Assembly: GCA_024704765.1 (NCBI GenBank)
Contig: JAKMXF010000297.1
Span: forward strand, 62,001 to 126,000
Length of the DNA stretch: 64,000 nt
Direction: 5' to 3'
Origin: Oopsacas minuta
Lineage: Eukaryota > Animalia > Porifera
In this document: in pieces, positions 23,041 to 32,624 of the stretch
Layout of the letters: every line of letters starts with the position of its first letter
Numbering within the stretch: position 1 is the stretch's first letter
Notes under the pieces: generated by a model
What the model saw: only the letters and a program-made list of their open reading frames with translations
What the model was told of the DNA's origin: nothing
Database searches by the model: none
Position numbers and translations under genes: made by a program

Positions 23041-24084
23041 ATGGATCCAAATAAGTCTCGAAATTTCCGTTACTTCAAAGGGTTAACCACGCAGAAATCC
23101 CACTCACTTCAAAATGGCAGTAAACATGCACCAAATAAGAGACCTAACAAAACGAAAACAAGGACCAAATCTCTTAAGAAACAAATCCATGATACCCAAC
23201 GTCTCTTATTCAAGAATATTCTGTCTGAAGAAGGTGTCAAATCACAACAAGATAAGCTAGATAAACTGAAGAAGGCATATTCTGAAGAGAGACGGGATAG
23301 AAAAACTAATAAGAAATTCGCAAGGTATAAACCTATAAAGTTCTTTGATAAAAGAAAAGTATTGAAAAAACTCAATTCTCTCCACAAAATACTCCCTGAA
23401 GCTGATGATGAAGCTAGCAGTATGTTAGAAAAGGAATTTGATTTATACAAGGGCTATCTAAACTACATAATCTACTTCCCAGAGGATAAAAAGTACATTT
23501 CACTATTCCCGAATTCAGAGCGTTTAGATTCCAGTGCTCAGGAACAGCTGGATATTCTGTTACAAGAGATTAATTCTAAAGTGAAGGAAGGTTTGTATGC
23601 CAACGCCTGGACAGCATACTTAGCTAAAACGCCTATTGATCCAATCGCTCAAGATTCCGTATTACAAGAAATACAAGAACAGTTAATTAATAATCCTACG
23701 CCATTCCCTGTGTCTTCTACAGCCTCTCCAATGTTTATACCAATTGACACAGACAATCAAACAAGCATGAAAACTAAATCACCGAGTTCAACAAAAAAGC
23801 AGTTAAGTAAAAAATTACATTTTGATAAAAGTATTGACACGTCACTAGATAACCATATAAAGTTACAGTCAACAGATGACAACAATATGTCTCAAATGGA
23901 ATGTGCAGAAGATCTGAGATCTGATAGCTTCTTTTTCTTCGATACGATGGGGAGCGAGGTAGATACGAATCTCTTTAAAAACAGACCTCAGAAGAGAAAT
24001 TTCCAGGATACAAGAAATCCCAAACCTAATCCCAGAAATAGGAATTCAAAACCAAATCAGAAGCACAGAGGTCATCAGTATTAG
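23041..24084 (+). CDS. EFG1: rRNA-processing protein Efg1-like (DUF2361)
   Basis: LKKQIHDTQRLL, RYKPIKFFDKRK and LNYIIYFPEDKKYISLFP follow the Efg1 consensus; basic termini suggest a nucleolar protein. ATG at 23041. Confidence 0.75.
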   Translation: MDPNKSRNFRYFKGLTTQKSHSLQNGSKHAPNKRPNKTKTRTKSLKKQIHDTQRLLFKNILSEEGVKSQQDKLDKLKKAYSEERRDRKTNKKFARYKPIKFFDKRKVLKKLNSLHKILPEADDEASSMLEKEFDLYKGYLNYIIYFPEDKKYISLFPNSERLDSSAQEQLDILLQEINSKVKEGLYANAWTAYLAKTPIDPIAQDSVLQEIQEQLINNPTPFPVSSTASPMFIPIDTDNQTSMKTKSPSSTKKQLSKKLHFDKSIDTSLDNHIKLQSTDDNNMSQMECAEDLRSDSFFFFDTMGSEVDTNLFKNRPQKRNFQDTRNPKPNPRNRNSKPNQKHRGHQY

Positions 24085-24284
24085 GAAATTATTAGGGTAA
24101 TTAATATACAAATTGTTTATATGAACTATTAGAAGAATTTACCATATAATATACTGCAGTCAATGTATTTGTCTATATCAATGCCCCTCCCCCCCTTGAC
24201 TAACCAATGATATGGTTAATAGAATTGAAACAATTATTTACCATCACTTCTAATAATTAGACTTCATTACAAGTGTACGCTAAG

Positions 24285-25184
24285 ATGGCTATTTGTTTCT
24301 ATATCATATATCTCCTCTTACCAACTGTACTTCTTCAGACCATCTCAGTAACGCCCTCTGTGCCAGTTGTAGGCGGGATCGTGATGGTATCTTGCACTGG
24401 AAACTTGACTAGCGATCTATTTTGGAGTTTTAATATGATTGGGAATGGCTTCATTAATCTAACGACTATCCCATCCTATGAGCTTAATACCACTTCTACT
24501 AATTATACCAAAACGCTTACTTGGACTATTAGATTTCAAATTACTAATGCTGGATGGTACAAATGTGAATCTCGAATGAATGGTACAGTTGTGAGTAATA
24601 TACAGCGCTTGGCTACAGGCATTCGCTACAGGAACAGAGACAGAGATGTTGAAGTGGTGGAAGGAACCGCCATATTAAAAATACATTGTCGTTTCCAGAG
24701 TGCTCCACCAGGTTTCTTGATAGCTGAATGGTGCTTTCAACCGTATGTATTCCCAAGTGTGAATGAAACCAGCTGCATTCCTCTTCCGAACAATAGCGAT
24801 ATAATTCCTATCTCTCCAACCGAAAATCTTACTTCTACCAATACCTACACATCCACAGTCAGAATCAGTAATGTATTGATAAGTAATGCGGGTATATATC
24901 GATGTTTCCTTTCTGATGGTTTCACGAATTTAACAAAAGGAGTACGAGTGAGGGTCAGAGGTCGACTGGACCCCCTTTGGCCAGCTATCGGAATAATGAT
25001 TCAGCTTGTAATCATAGTTATTTTTATTGCTGGTCATTATTCCTGGGATTTTTACAAAGACAAACAAAAAAAGATTGAAAGACAAAAAAGGGAGGAACAG
25101 AACCTCGTGACGTCAAAAAATGAAATCATCCCTGAAGATGAACAGAAGGCAAACGAGCTGTTGATTAATGTAGCGCCAAATTGA
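24285..25184 (+). CDS. Basigin/neuroplastin-like two-Ig-domain type I membrane protein
   Basis: Signal peptide, two Ig folds (VSC...W...AGWYKC and IHC...EWC...AGIYRC), juxtamembrane RVRVRGRLDPLWPAIGI and a basic cytoplasmic tail. Confidence 0.8.
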   Translation: MAICFYIIYLLLPTVLLQTISVTPSVPVVGGIVMVSCTGNLTSDLFWSFNMIGNGFINLTTIPSYELNTTSTNYTKTLTWTIRFQITNAGWYKCESRMNGTVVSNIQRLATGIRYRNRDRDVEVVEGTAILKIHCRFQSAPPGFLIAEWCFQPYVFPSVNETSCIPLPNNSDIIPISPTENLTSTNTYTSTVRISNVLISNAGIYRCFLSDGFTNLTKGVRVRVRGRLDPLWPAIGIMIQLVIIVIFIAGHYSWDFYKDKQKKIERQKREEQNLVTSKNEIIPEDEQKANELLINVAPN

Positions 25185-25385
25185 GCCAGCTGTTTGTTAT
25201 TACGTCACAAGTATCTATGTATTAGATTATACTCTAGTTACTTATACTACGCTAGTTCTATGATTTTGTATATATTCTCTGCGTAGCATGTATACCCTTG
25301 TTTCGCCTCTATTTTACTTTCAATCTAGTATTACTCTATTCATTCTTATTATTAATATCCATTAGTTTATATTTAGTTTTTCAGA

Positions 25386-28300
25386 ATGACAAATACAGAA
25401 ATACTTGATCTTCAGCCAGATTGGAATTTAGCTCTCAGTGAGAAACAGCCTACTATATGGGTGTCTTACCGACGGAACAAGTCAGACACCATCCAAGAGG
25501 ACTTGTTAAAACTGTCTTACTCAGCTGAACACAGTAGCATACCGGGTAGTAGTAATTTTGAAATCGGTTATAGCCACATCATGAAAAGTAAAATTTCAGT
25601 TATTCACACCTCTTCGAAAGCTCATTGTGACTTCTTTTCACCTCAACAGACCTGGCCTGTGCATAAATACTGGGTTAATAGTCTGAACATTTCTCCCTCT
25701 GGAAACTTAGGAGTATCTTGTTCTGAAGACGGACAGTTATCTATATGGGAGACAAGTACTGGTGTAGTTCGTCGTAAACTCTCTGGTCATTTTGGTGACG
25801 TATACACTTGTAGATTCTACCCCTCAGGCGAGGTGGTGCTATCAGGAGGATCAGATTTCCGACTAAGAATTTGGTCTGTAGCTGATGGTAGTTGTCCTCG
25901 TGTCTTGTCAGGACATAAGCGGCGTATCACAAGTACTCAGATCATAGAGAGGGGGAGAAATGTTATTTCAGCATCTCTGGACGGAACTGCTAGAATTTGG
26001 GACTGTGGGAGTGGATCCTGTATTGCCCTGCTCTCTCAGGTAGTACCATATATATTGTATTATATATCTTCGTACATTTTCTTTGTAAATATTATTATAA
26101 TTATATTTAGTAAAGTCAGGCTTAAGATAAGTGTTTCAAATTGTATCGTTTGCATTGGCTAAATGCTTACTAGATTCTCTCATTCTGCAAATGGCTGCTC
26201 CTCGTAGATTCCCAGAGAACACTCCTAAAGCTAACTTAGGCTATCAACACACTCAGAAACATAAAGGAAGTTATCCTAAAGCAGCTATGCTTTACGGAGG
26301 GCAGCCAAATAATTCTCCTCCTCGACGTGTTAAGCAACAACCTCAACAACTACCTGTATTATCTACTCAATCTGTGGTACCTACTCAGAGTCCTGTTATA
26401 CAACCTCAAGTAGCTCAACAGACTATAATACAACCTGAACAACCTATTCTACACGCTCAACAACCTCTGCAACCTGAACAACCTATTCTACAACCTGAAC
26501 AACCTATTCTACAACCTCAACAGCCTGCTACACAACCTCAACCACCCATTGACCATATTATGGCTTCTTCTTCCTTATCCAGACAACCTCTTCTCCCTCA
26601 TAACTCTTCTCTTGCGAATGATACAGAATCTCTGAGCTTACAACAACATTCTGCCCACATAGTAGAGAAACCTAGAAATATACTCCTTCCTCAGAATGAC
26701 GTAATTCCTGAATTTCCCACTATTCAGCCTGACAAACCAACAGCTCAGGCTAACTCCTCATCGTTTCGTTCCTCTCAACCCGGACAGAGTGCCAAGGTTG
26801 CTGAAGACATCTCTCTAATAGATTGGGCAGAGTACTCATTCCTTGCTTGCTTTCAAGTTGAGAAGAAGATTGGGAAGGGACAATTCAGCGAAGTATTTCG
26901 TGGTAAATGCATTCCTCTGAATGCTGTGGTTGCTGTGAAGAAAGTACAAATATTCGAGATGGTAGACGCTAAGGCACGTAATGATTGTATCAAAGAGATT
27001 GACTTATTGAAACAACTTAACCACGCTAACGTCATCAGATATCTTGCTTCATTCATTGAGAATAACGAGCTGAATATAGTGCTGGAGTTAGCAGATGCAG
27101 GGGATCTATCTCGTATGATAAAACATTTCAAGAGACAAAGGAAATTGATACCAGAGAGAACTATATGGAAATATTTCCAACAAGTATGTGCAGGTCTAGA
27201 TCATATGCACAGTAAGAGGATAATGCATCGTGACATCAAACCTGCTAACGTATTCATTACTGTTACTGGGGTAGTTAAGCTAGGTGATCTGGGATTAGGG
27301 CGTTACTTTTCCTCTCAGACTATAGTCTCTCACTCATTGGTAGGTACTCCTTACTACATGAGTCCTGAGAGGATAAATGAGGTAGGATACAGTTTCAGGT
27401 CTGACATATGGTCTCTGGGGTGTTTACTCTATGAAATGTCTGTGTTTCAGAGTCCATTCTATGGTGACAAGATGACATTAATGCTATTGTGTAGAAGGAT
27501 TGAGAAATGTGACTACCCACCTCTACCCACGGACTTATTCACGCCAGAACTGAGACAACTCGTTAATCTCTGTATACAGGCTAAGCCGGATGACAGACCT
27601 GATTCAGGACAAGTTCTAGAAGTAGCTATCTTCATGAAAAGGCGTACGAACCAAACCCCCCAACCCCCTCCTGTCCCTCAGACATAGCCTATCTCCATAT
27701 GAGATATACGGTTAACTGATCGCTTAAGAACTTCTTTATTTTCTGACTTCATCTGAATTACTTATTCTTATATTTTATCTTAATATCATTGGAAACTAAT
27801 TTGTTACAAGCTTTGGGACTTTTATTTGTATTTTATAAGTAAATAAACTAATAAAGCAATCCCTTTCCTCCTTTAGCTACAGTCACCAATCAATGACATA
27901 TCTCTAATCACCTCCCCAGTAGCTTCTAACTCAACTCCTGGTGATCCACTAGAGATTGGAACAGCTGGTAAGGTATTAACAGCTGTTTGTGAGAATGGAG
28001 ATGTTAGAGGGATTTCTCTTGTTGACAAGGAACAAGTGTTTAATATGAAACTCTTATCACCTGTCAATTGTTGTTACTTCCTGTCAGATACACTTGTCGC
28101 CTGTGGTTGTGATGACGGGTTGTTATCTTTATTCGATATAAGATATTCTCTACCACTACACTCCATTCATCATTCAAATTCGCGAATTCTCTCGCTCACA
28201 GCCTACAACACTAATCTAGTTGTTTGTAGAGGAGATGGAACAACAGAAATATTCAACTCCTTAGAATCACAATCTCCTAGCCTCCTCCAGAAGCTAACTG

Positions 28301-28395
28301 GACCTCTATGTGATCCTCTCTCCTCCGTAGCTTCTTATCAGAACCTCATTTACACAGGCTGTAGAGATGGTCAAGTCAGGAAGTATAAGATGTAG
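25386..28395 (+). CDS. PAAF1: Proteasomal ATPase-associated factor 1 (WD40); exons 25386..26039 and 27877..28395
   Basis: Exon 1 has [31 protein letters not shown] and [19 protein letters not shown]. Exon 2 has EIGTAGK...VNCCYFL...LTGPLCDP...[12 protein letters not shown]. Phase-0 intron CAG|GTAGTA at 26040 to cctttag at 27876. Confidence 0.93.
26191..27687 (+). CDS. NEK7: NEK6/NEK7-type NIMA-related Ser/Thr kinase with a Q/P-rich N-terminal extension, nested in the PAAF1 intron
   Basis: [80 protein letters not shown]. First ATG at 26191. Confidence 0.95.
   Translation: MAAPRRFPENTPKANLGYQHTQKHKGSYPKAAMLYGGQPNNSPPRRVKQQPQQLPVLSTQSVVPTQSPVIQPQVAQQTIIQPEQPILHAQQPLQPEQPILQPEQPILQPQQPATQPQPPIDHIMASSSLSRQPLLPHNSSLANDTESLSLQQHSAHIVEKPRNILLPQNDVIPEFPTIQPDKPTAQANSSSFRSSQPGQSAKVAEDISLIDWAEYSFLACFQVEKKIGKGQFSEVFRGKCIPLNAVVAVKKVQIFEMVDAKARNDCIKEIDLLKQLNHANVIRYLASFIENNELNIVLELADAGDLSRMIKHFKRQRKLIPERTIWKYFQQVCAGLDHMHSKRIMHRDIKPANVFITVTGVVKLGDLGLGRYFSSQTIVSHSLVGTPYYMSPERINEVGYSFRSDIWSLGCLLYEMSVFQSPFYGDKMTLMLLCRRIEKCDYPPLPTDLFTPELRQLVNLCIQAKPDDRPDSGQVLEVAIFMKRRTNQTPQPPPVPQT
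26401..26545 (+). repeat. Coding tandem repeat (QPEQPIL-type units)
   Basis: caacctgaacaacctattcta occurs three times, with further caacct(c/g) units. Confidence 0.8.
27842..27876 (+). promoter_or_regulatory. Two AATAAA hexamers overlapping a CTAAT branch-site motif, then the PAAF1 3' splice site
   Basis: AATAAA at 27842..27847 and 27850..27855, CTAAT at 27848..27852, pyrimidine tract ccctttcctccttt and AG at 27875..27876. Confidence 0.55.
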
Positions 28396-28607
28396 CTACG
28401 TATATCGAAAGTATACGTAATTACTTTTGATATGTATGATTAGTTTAAAGTTCGTAGTATAATTATTATTTGCGTGACCGATGATGTTTATTGATTTGCA
28501 TTGCACTTTATATGATGGAGTGCTACGTAAAATTGAGTAACATGAATATCTAATTACTTACATAGACATTGAATTTATTAACGTAGATACTCTGGAATCT
28601 ATATTGA

Positions 28608-30419
28608 ATGTGTGGCATATTAGTTCTGTTATTCTATTCTCAAGCTTTACCCTATGAATGGGTAGATAAGCTGTATCACTTCATAAATAGACGAGGACCT
28701 GATGGAGCAGGTGAGAAGACGATACCTGTGAAAGGAGGAGAATTCTCTCTGAGACTTATAGCTACACTCCTGCGTATGAGAGGGCTTGTTGCTATTCTAC
28801 AACCTAAATCTGACAAATCTGGTAATTCACTTTTATTCAACGGAGAGATATTCTCTGGTTACGACATAGCAGATGGAGATAATGATACCGTCGTGTTATT
28901 CTCTGCTCTTGTATCCTGTTCAGGAGCTGAGCCTCTGCTTAAATGCATAGCAGACATTAGGGGGCCATGGGCACTAGTATTCTGGCGCCAGAATGCTAGA
29001 GAACTGTGGTTTGGTAGAGATATATTTGGTAGGAGAAGTTTGTTGATTGGTCACAACCCATCATGTGGCGTACCTATCATAATATCTTCTGTTGGTTACC
29101 ATACTGATGGATTGGAATGCATTGAATTACCAGCTGTAGGCTTGTTCTGTATGGATCTCAGTGTAGAGGGAACTCCTTTAGCTCTCAAATGTTATCCCTG
29201 GCTTACAGTAGATGGTACCAGCATGTCATATGTAGATGACGTCATGGAAGCTGTTGCTAGTATTGAAAAACTCCTCTCTCTTAAAGTTGATATAATATGT
29301 TCATCTTCTTTTATCAGTATGATCCCTCCTCTGAACAGAGTACTATCTCCTATACATCCTCATGACTTAATACCACCTGTTGATATTAATTCTGCTACTA
29401 GCAATGCTACTCAGCTGTTAGCAGTTCTACAAGAAGCTGTTAGACTGAGAGTTTGTAACAGACCATGGTCTATTTCTACAGTTAATCATGCTCCTGTTCC
29501 TACACAAGTTGTAATACAAGAGTCACTTGGAGACACTGCACTATCTGAATTAGTTAAATCCAAACCGCAAATATCTCCACAACAGGGGACAGCTAAAGTA
29601 GGAATCCTATTCTCTGGGGGTCTAGATTCTGCGGTCATTGCCGCTCTAGTTGATAGAGAACTTCCTATTGAGGAAGAAATAGATTTACTAAATGTATCAT
29701 TTATTAAATCTAACACAAGCACAGCTGTTGCTCCAGACAGACAGACTGGACTATCTTGTCTTGCTCAACTGAATCCAAATAGACATTGGAACTTTGTTCA
29801 GATAGACACTTGTTTAACAGAGTTAAGTCAAATTCGAAAGGACAATACTGAACAGCTGATCTATCCGTTAACAACTGTAATGGATGATAGCATAGGAACT
29901 CCTGTATGGTTAGCAGCGATGGGACTGGGTCATCTATATCAGCAACAAGCGGCTACTTATATTCCCTATCAATCAAATGCTAGAATACTATTAGTGGGGA
30001 TGGGTGCTGATGAACAGCTGGGGGGATACACGAGACACAGGAATTTGTTCGAGAAGGGAGGATGGGAGAGACTATTGACTGAGATAGAATTTGATCTGAG
30101 AAGGATATCAGTTCGGAATCTTGGAAGAGATGACAGATGTATAAGTGATCACGGGAAGGAGGCTAGGTTTCCATTTCTAGATGAGGAGGTTGTGAGTTTT
30201 CTACAAAAACTACCTCTTAATGATAAAATGGATTTGTCTCTTACTAGAGGACAAGGTGACAAGAAAGTGCTTAGAGAAGTTGCTAATATTCTAGGGTTAG
30301 AATTTTCTGCTAAGTTGCCTAAGAAAGCAATCCAGTTTGGTTCCAACTTTGCTAAAGTCACAGGTAGTACTAAATTCAAAGCAGGTGAACAAATATTTTT
30401 CCAGAAAAATCAATTCTAA
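28608..30419 (+). CDS. ASNSD1: Asparagine synthetase domain-containing protein 1
   Basis: N-terminal MCGI (Ntn fold), RRGPDG, LLFNGEIF, FGRDIFGRRSLL, ILFSGGLDS, LVGMGADEQLGGY, RNLGRDDR, PKKAIQFGS. Confidence 0.95.
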   Translation: MCGILVLLFYSQALPYEWVDKLYHFINRRGPDGAGEKTIPVKGGEFSLRLIATLLRMRGLVAILQPKSDKSGNSLLFNGEIFSGYDIADGDNDTVVLFSALVSCSGAEPLLKCIADIRGPWALVFWRQNARELWFGRDIFGRRSLLIGHNPSCGVPIIISSVGYHTDGLECIELPAVGLFCMDLSVEGTPLALKCYPWLTVDGTSMSYVDDVMEAVASIEKLLSLKVDIICSSSFISMIPPLNRVLSPIHPHDLIPPVDINSATSNATQLLAVLQEAVRLRVCNRPWSISTVNHAPVPTQVVIQESLGDTALSELVKSKPQISPQQGTAKVGILFSGGLDSAVIAALVDRELPIEEEIDLLNVSFIKSNTSTAVAPDRQTGLSCLAQLNPNRHWNFVQIDTCLTELSQIRKDNTEQLIYPLTTVMDDSIGTPVWLAAMGLGHLYQQQAATYIPYQSNARILLVGMGADEQLGGYTRHRNLFEKGGWERLLTEIEFDLRRISVRNLGRDDRCISDHGKEARFPFLDEEVVSFLQKLPLNDKMDLSLTRGQGDKKVLREVANILGLEFSAKLPKKAIQFGSNFAKVTGSTKFKAGEQIFFQKNQF

Positions 30420-30724
30420 TATGAATAATTAATTTTTGAAACCTTAAAGGTATATCTTATACCGTTCTGTAATTCCTTGTGTTTATTCGTGGTATATTAC
30501 TTCCATATAGAGTATTTATTATTGAAAGTTGTTTATTACTCATTTTTTATTCTAATAATTAATTCTACTCAATCATGTACTTTCCTAGGAATAACATATT
30601 CTAAATTTAACTTTAGACTAACTTTTCCTACGTAAGTAATGTGACAGTATTTAACTATAAAGTGAATCTATAGAATATAATTCCTCTAAATTGTATCCAA
30701 AATATATTAGTTTTGACTAGCACA

Positions 30725-32275
30725 ATGGCAACAGGCTCTGAAATTGTACAAGATGGTTTTTGTGGAAACAGACCGACACCCCAAACACAGGGTGCCAGGG
30801 ATTGCGCTATTTGTTTCTGCCCAATGACGTCAGAGGATATAAATGTACCTCGGTTATTAACTTGTGGACATACATTCTGCACTGAATGTATAAGGAAGAT
30901 ATACCTAGCATCAACTGATGCATACAACTATAGAAGAAGGATGGAAAGAGAAATCCTATGTCCACATTGTAAAACTCCATGTCTCATACCGGACGGAGAT
31001 GCTTCGAAATTGCCAAAAAATTATATTTTGTTGGATATAATTTCTGAACAGCCGCGAATAAAGGTCGATGTCGAACGAATAACTTGTAATATACATAATA
31101 TCGTGAAGAAATCATATTGCTTCAATTGCCAGGAACTTGTATGTCCTTATTGCCAAATGAGTCATCATCAAGGCCATAACTGCGAAATTACTATAGAAGC
31201 AATCAAGGTATTCCTAACTGATTTTAAACAACATGAAGAGAGATTGGAAGCTTATGCTCAGCAACTTAAATCTGCTAAAGATAAGTTCCAAGCAACTCTC
31301 TACAGACTGAAAGAGAATAAAAGGGAGGCTTCTCATCACATCAACTTGAGATTCACAGCTATAATCGAAGAGGCATCTAAATGGAAAAATATAAATATTC
31401 GTAAACTAGAAGACATCACAAAGGAGAGAGAAGATATTTTAGAACAACAAATAGAGAGTCTAGATAGCGTTATAGATGAAACTGAGCAGAAACTTGATTT
31501 AGCTCGTCGTGTAACCTCCCCCCAGAACGAGGAGGAATTCTTCATACATCATACTCAAATAGTTAATGATAGTAAAGTGCTAATAAGCAAGGAGTTAGGT
31601 TTACAACCATTAGTTCACGAGCATATTGAGTGGCGAGTAGATCCAATTAATCATATTATCGATTATCTTAACAGAATTGCCTTTGTGAATGAAGATGCTA
31701 ATGCTGCTCCGTCTGCTGTCAAGTCTCCTCCCCAGTCTATTGAACCTATCACTGATGCTGTTGCATCACAGAAGCCAATTGTAAATATTCCAGCTTCAAT
31801 TCCAACTCTAACTCTATCTCCATATCAAAGTCCAATTTCAACTCCTCATAGTTATCCAAGTTCCCAGGTTCAGGCCTATCCTATTCAACAAATGCATCCA
31901 TTATCTCAGACCGCTAGAAGCTCAAGTGCTGAGAATATGCTTATGGGGAGGAGTTCAGGTCAACCTAAAATGCACGTCACCAATCCACATCTTACTACTC
32001 ACAATTCTTCCTTTATGCCAGTTGCAGACTCTTCACTATCACCTCGACCTCGACCTTACCCTCAAGTCCAATCAGCTAGAGATGTTGATTCATACAGGAA
32101 TAGCTATTACGCTGTGCGTGAGTCTGAGGAAAATATTAAGCCTACTCCACACCCCACTGGGATGCCTCCTGGAGACTTGAGTGAGGGAACTAGAAGTACT
32201 AACATGTACGATAGATCCGTACCAAGTGGACACATATATGAGAATCCTTTCTGCCCGGAAGAACCTACTATTTAA
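30725..32275 (+). CDS. TRIM-like RING, B-box, coiled-coil protein with a disordered C-terminus
   Basis: RING CAIC...CGHTFCTEC...CPHC, linker LPKNYIL, B-box CNIH...CFNCQELVCPYC...HQGH and a long coiled coil. First ATG at 30725. Confidence 0.88.
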   Translation: MATGSEIVQDGFCGNRPTPQTQGARDCAICFCPMTSEDINVPRLLTCGHTFCTECIRKIYLASTDAYNYRRRMEREILCPHCKTPCLIPDGDASKLPKNYILLDIISEQPRIKVDVERITCNIHNIVKKSYCFNCQELVCPYCQMSHHQGHNCEITIEAIKVFLTDFKQHEERLEAYAQQLKSAKDKFQATLYRLKENKREASHHINLRFTAIIEEASKWKNINIRKLEDITKEREDILEQQIESLDSVIDETEQKLDLARRVTSPQNEEEFFIHHTQIVNDSKVLISKELGLQPLVHEHIEWRVDPINHIIDYLNRIAFVNEDANAAPSAVKSPPQSIEPITDAVASQKPIVNIPASIPTLTLSPYQSPISTPHSYPSSQVQAYPIQQMHPLSQTARSSSAENMLMGRSSGQPKMHVTNPHLTTHNSSFMPVADSSLSPRPRPYPQVQSARDVDSYRNSYYAVRESEENIKPTPHPTGMPPGDLSEGTRSTNMYDRSVPSGHIYENPFCPEEPTI

Positions 32276-32624
32276 TCCTTGGTGCCTATCTTATTATCAA
32301 ATAATTGTTAAAATAATGAATCTTTCAACAATAAGCATAATAAACTTCTCTAATTTGCTGCTGGCTAATTTGTGTGTTGTTAGTAAGTTAATTTTGATTG
32401 TATTTTATCATTGACATAGTAAGTTTGTATTCTAAGCTAGGTGATTCTTTGTGTAGATTAATATTACTCTATATTGTTTTTGCAATCCTGATATTTTGGT
32501 TAGTTTATTGCAAGCCAACTGGGTTATTATTACTTTGGAGAAATTATATATCTTTTACTGATGTTTTGCCGTTTTTGAGTGACTAGAGATATTAGAGATC
32601 AATCGATTACTATTGTGTAAGAAA

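Noticed and set aside
25386-27687. PAAF1-NEK fusion protein, suggested by the abutting ORFs in the track
   Set aside because: The exon-1 donor joined to nearby acceptors gives stops or the wrong frame, and the missing PAAF1 C-terminus is found intact at 27877..28395.
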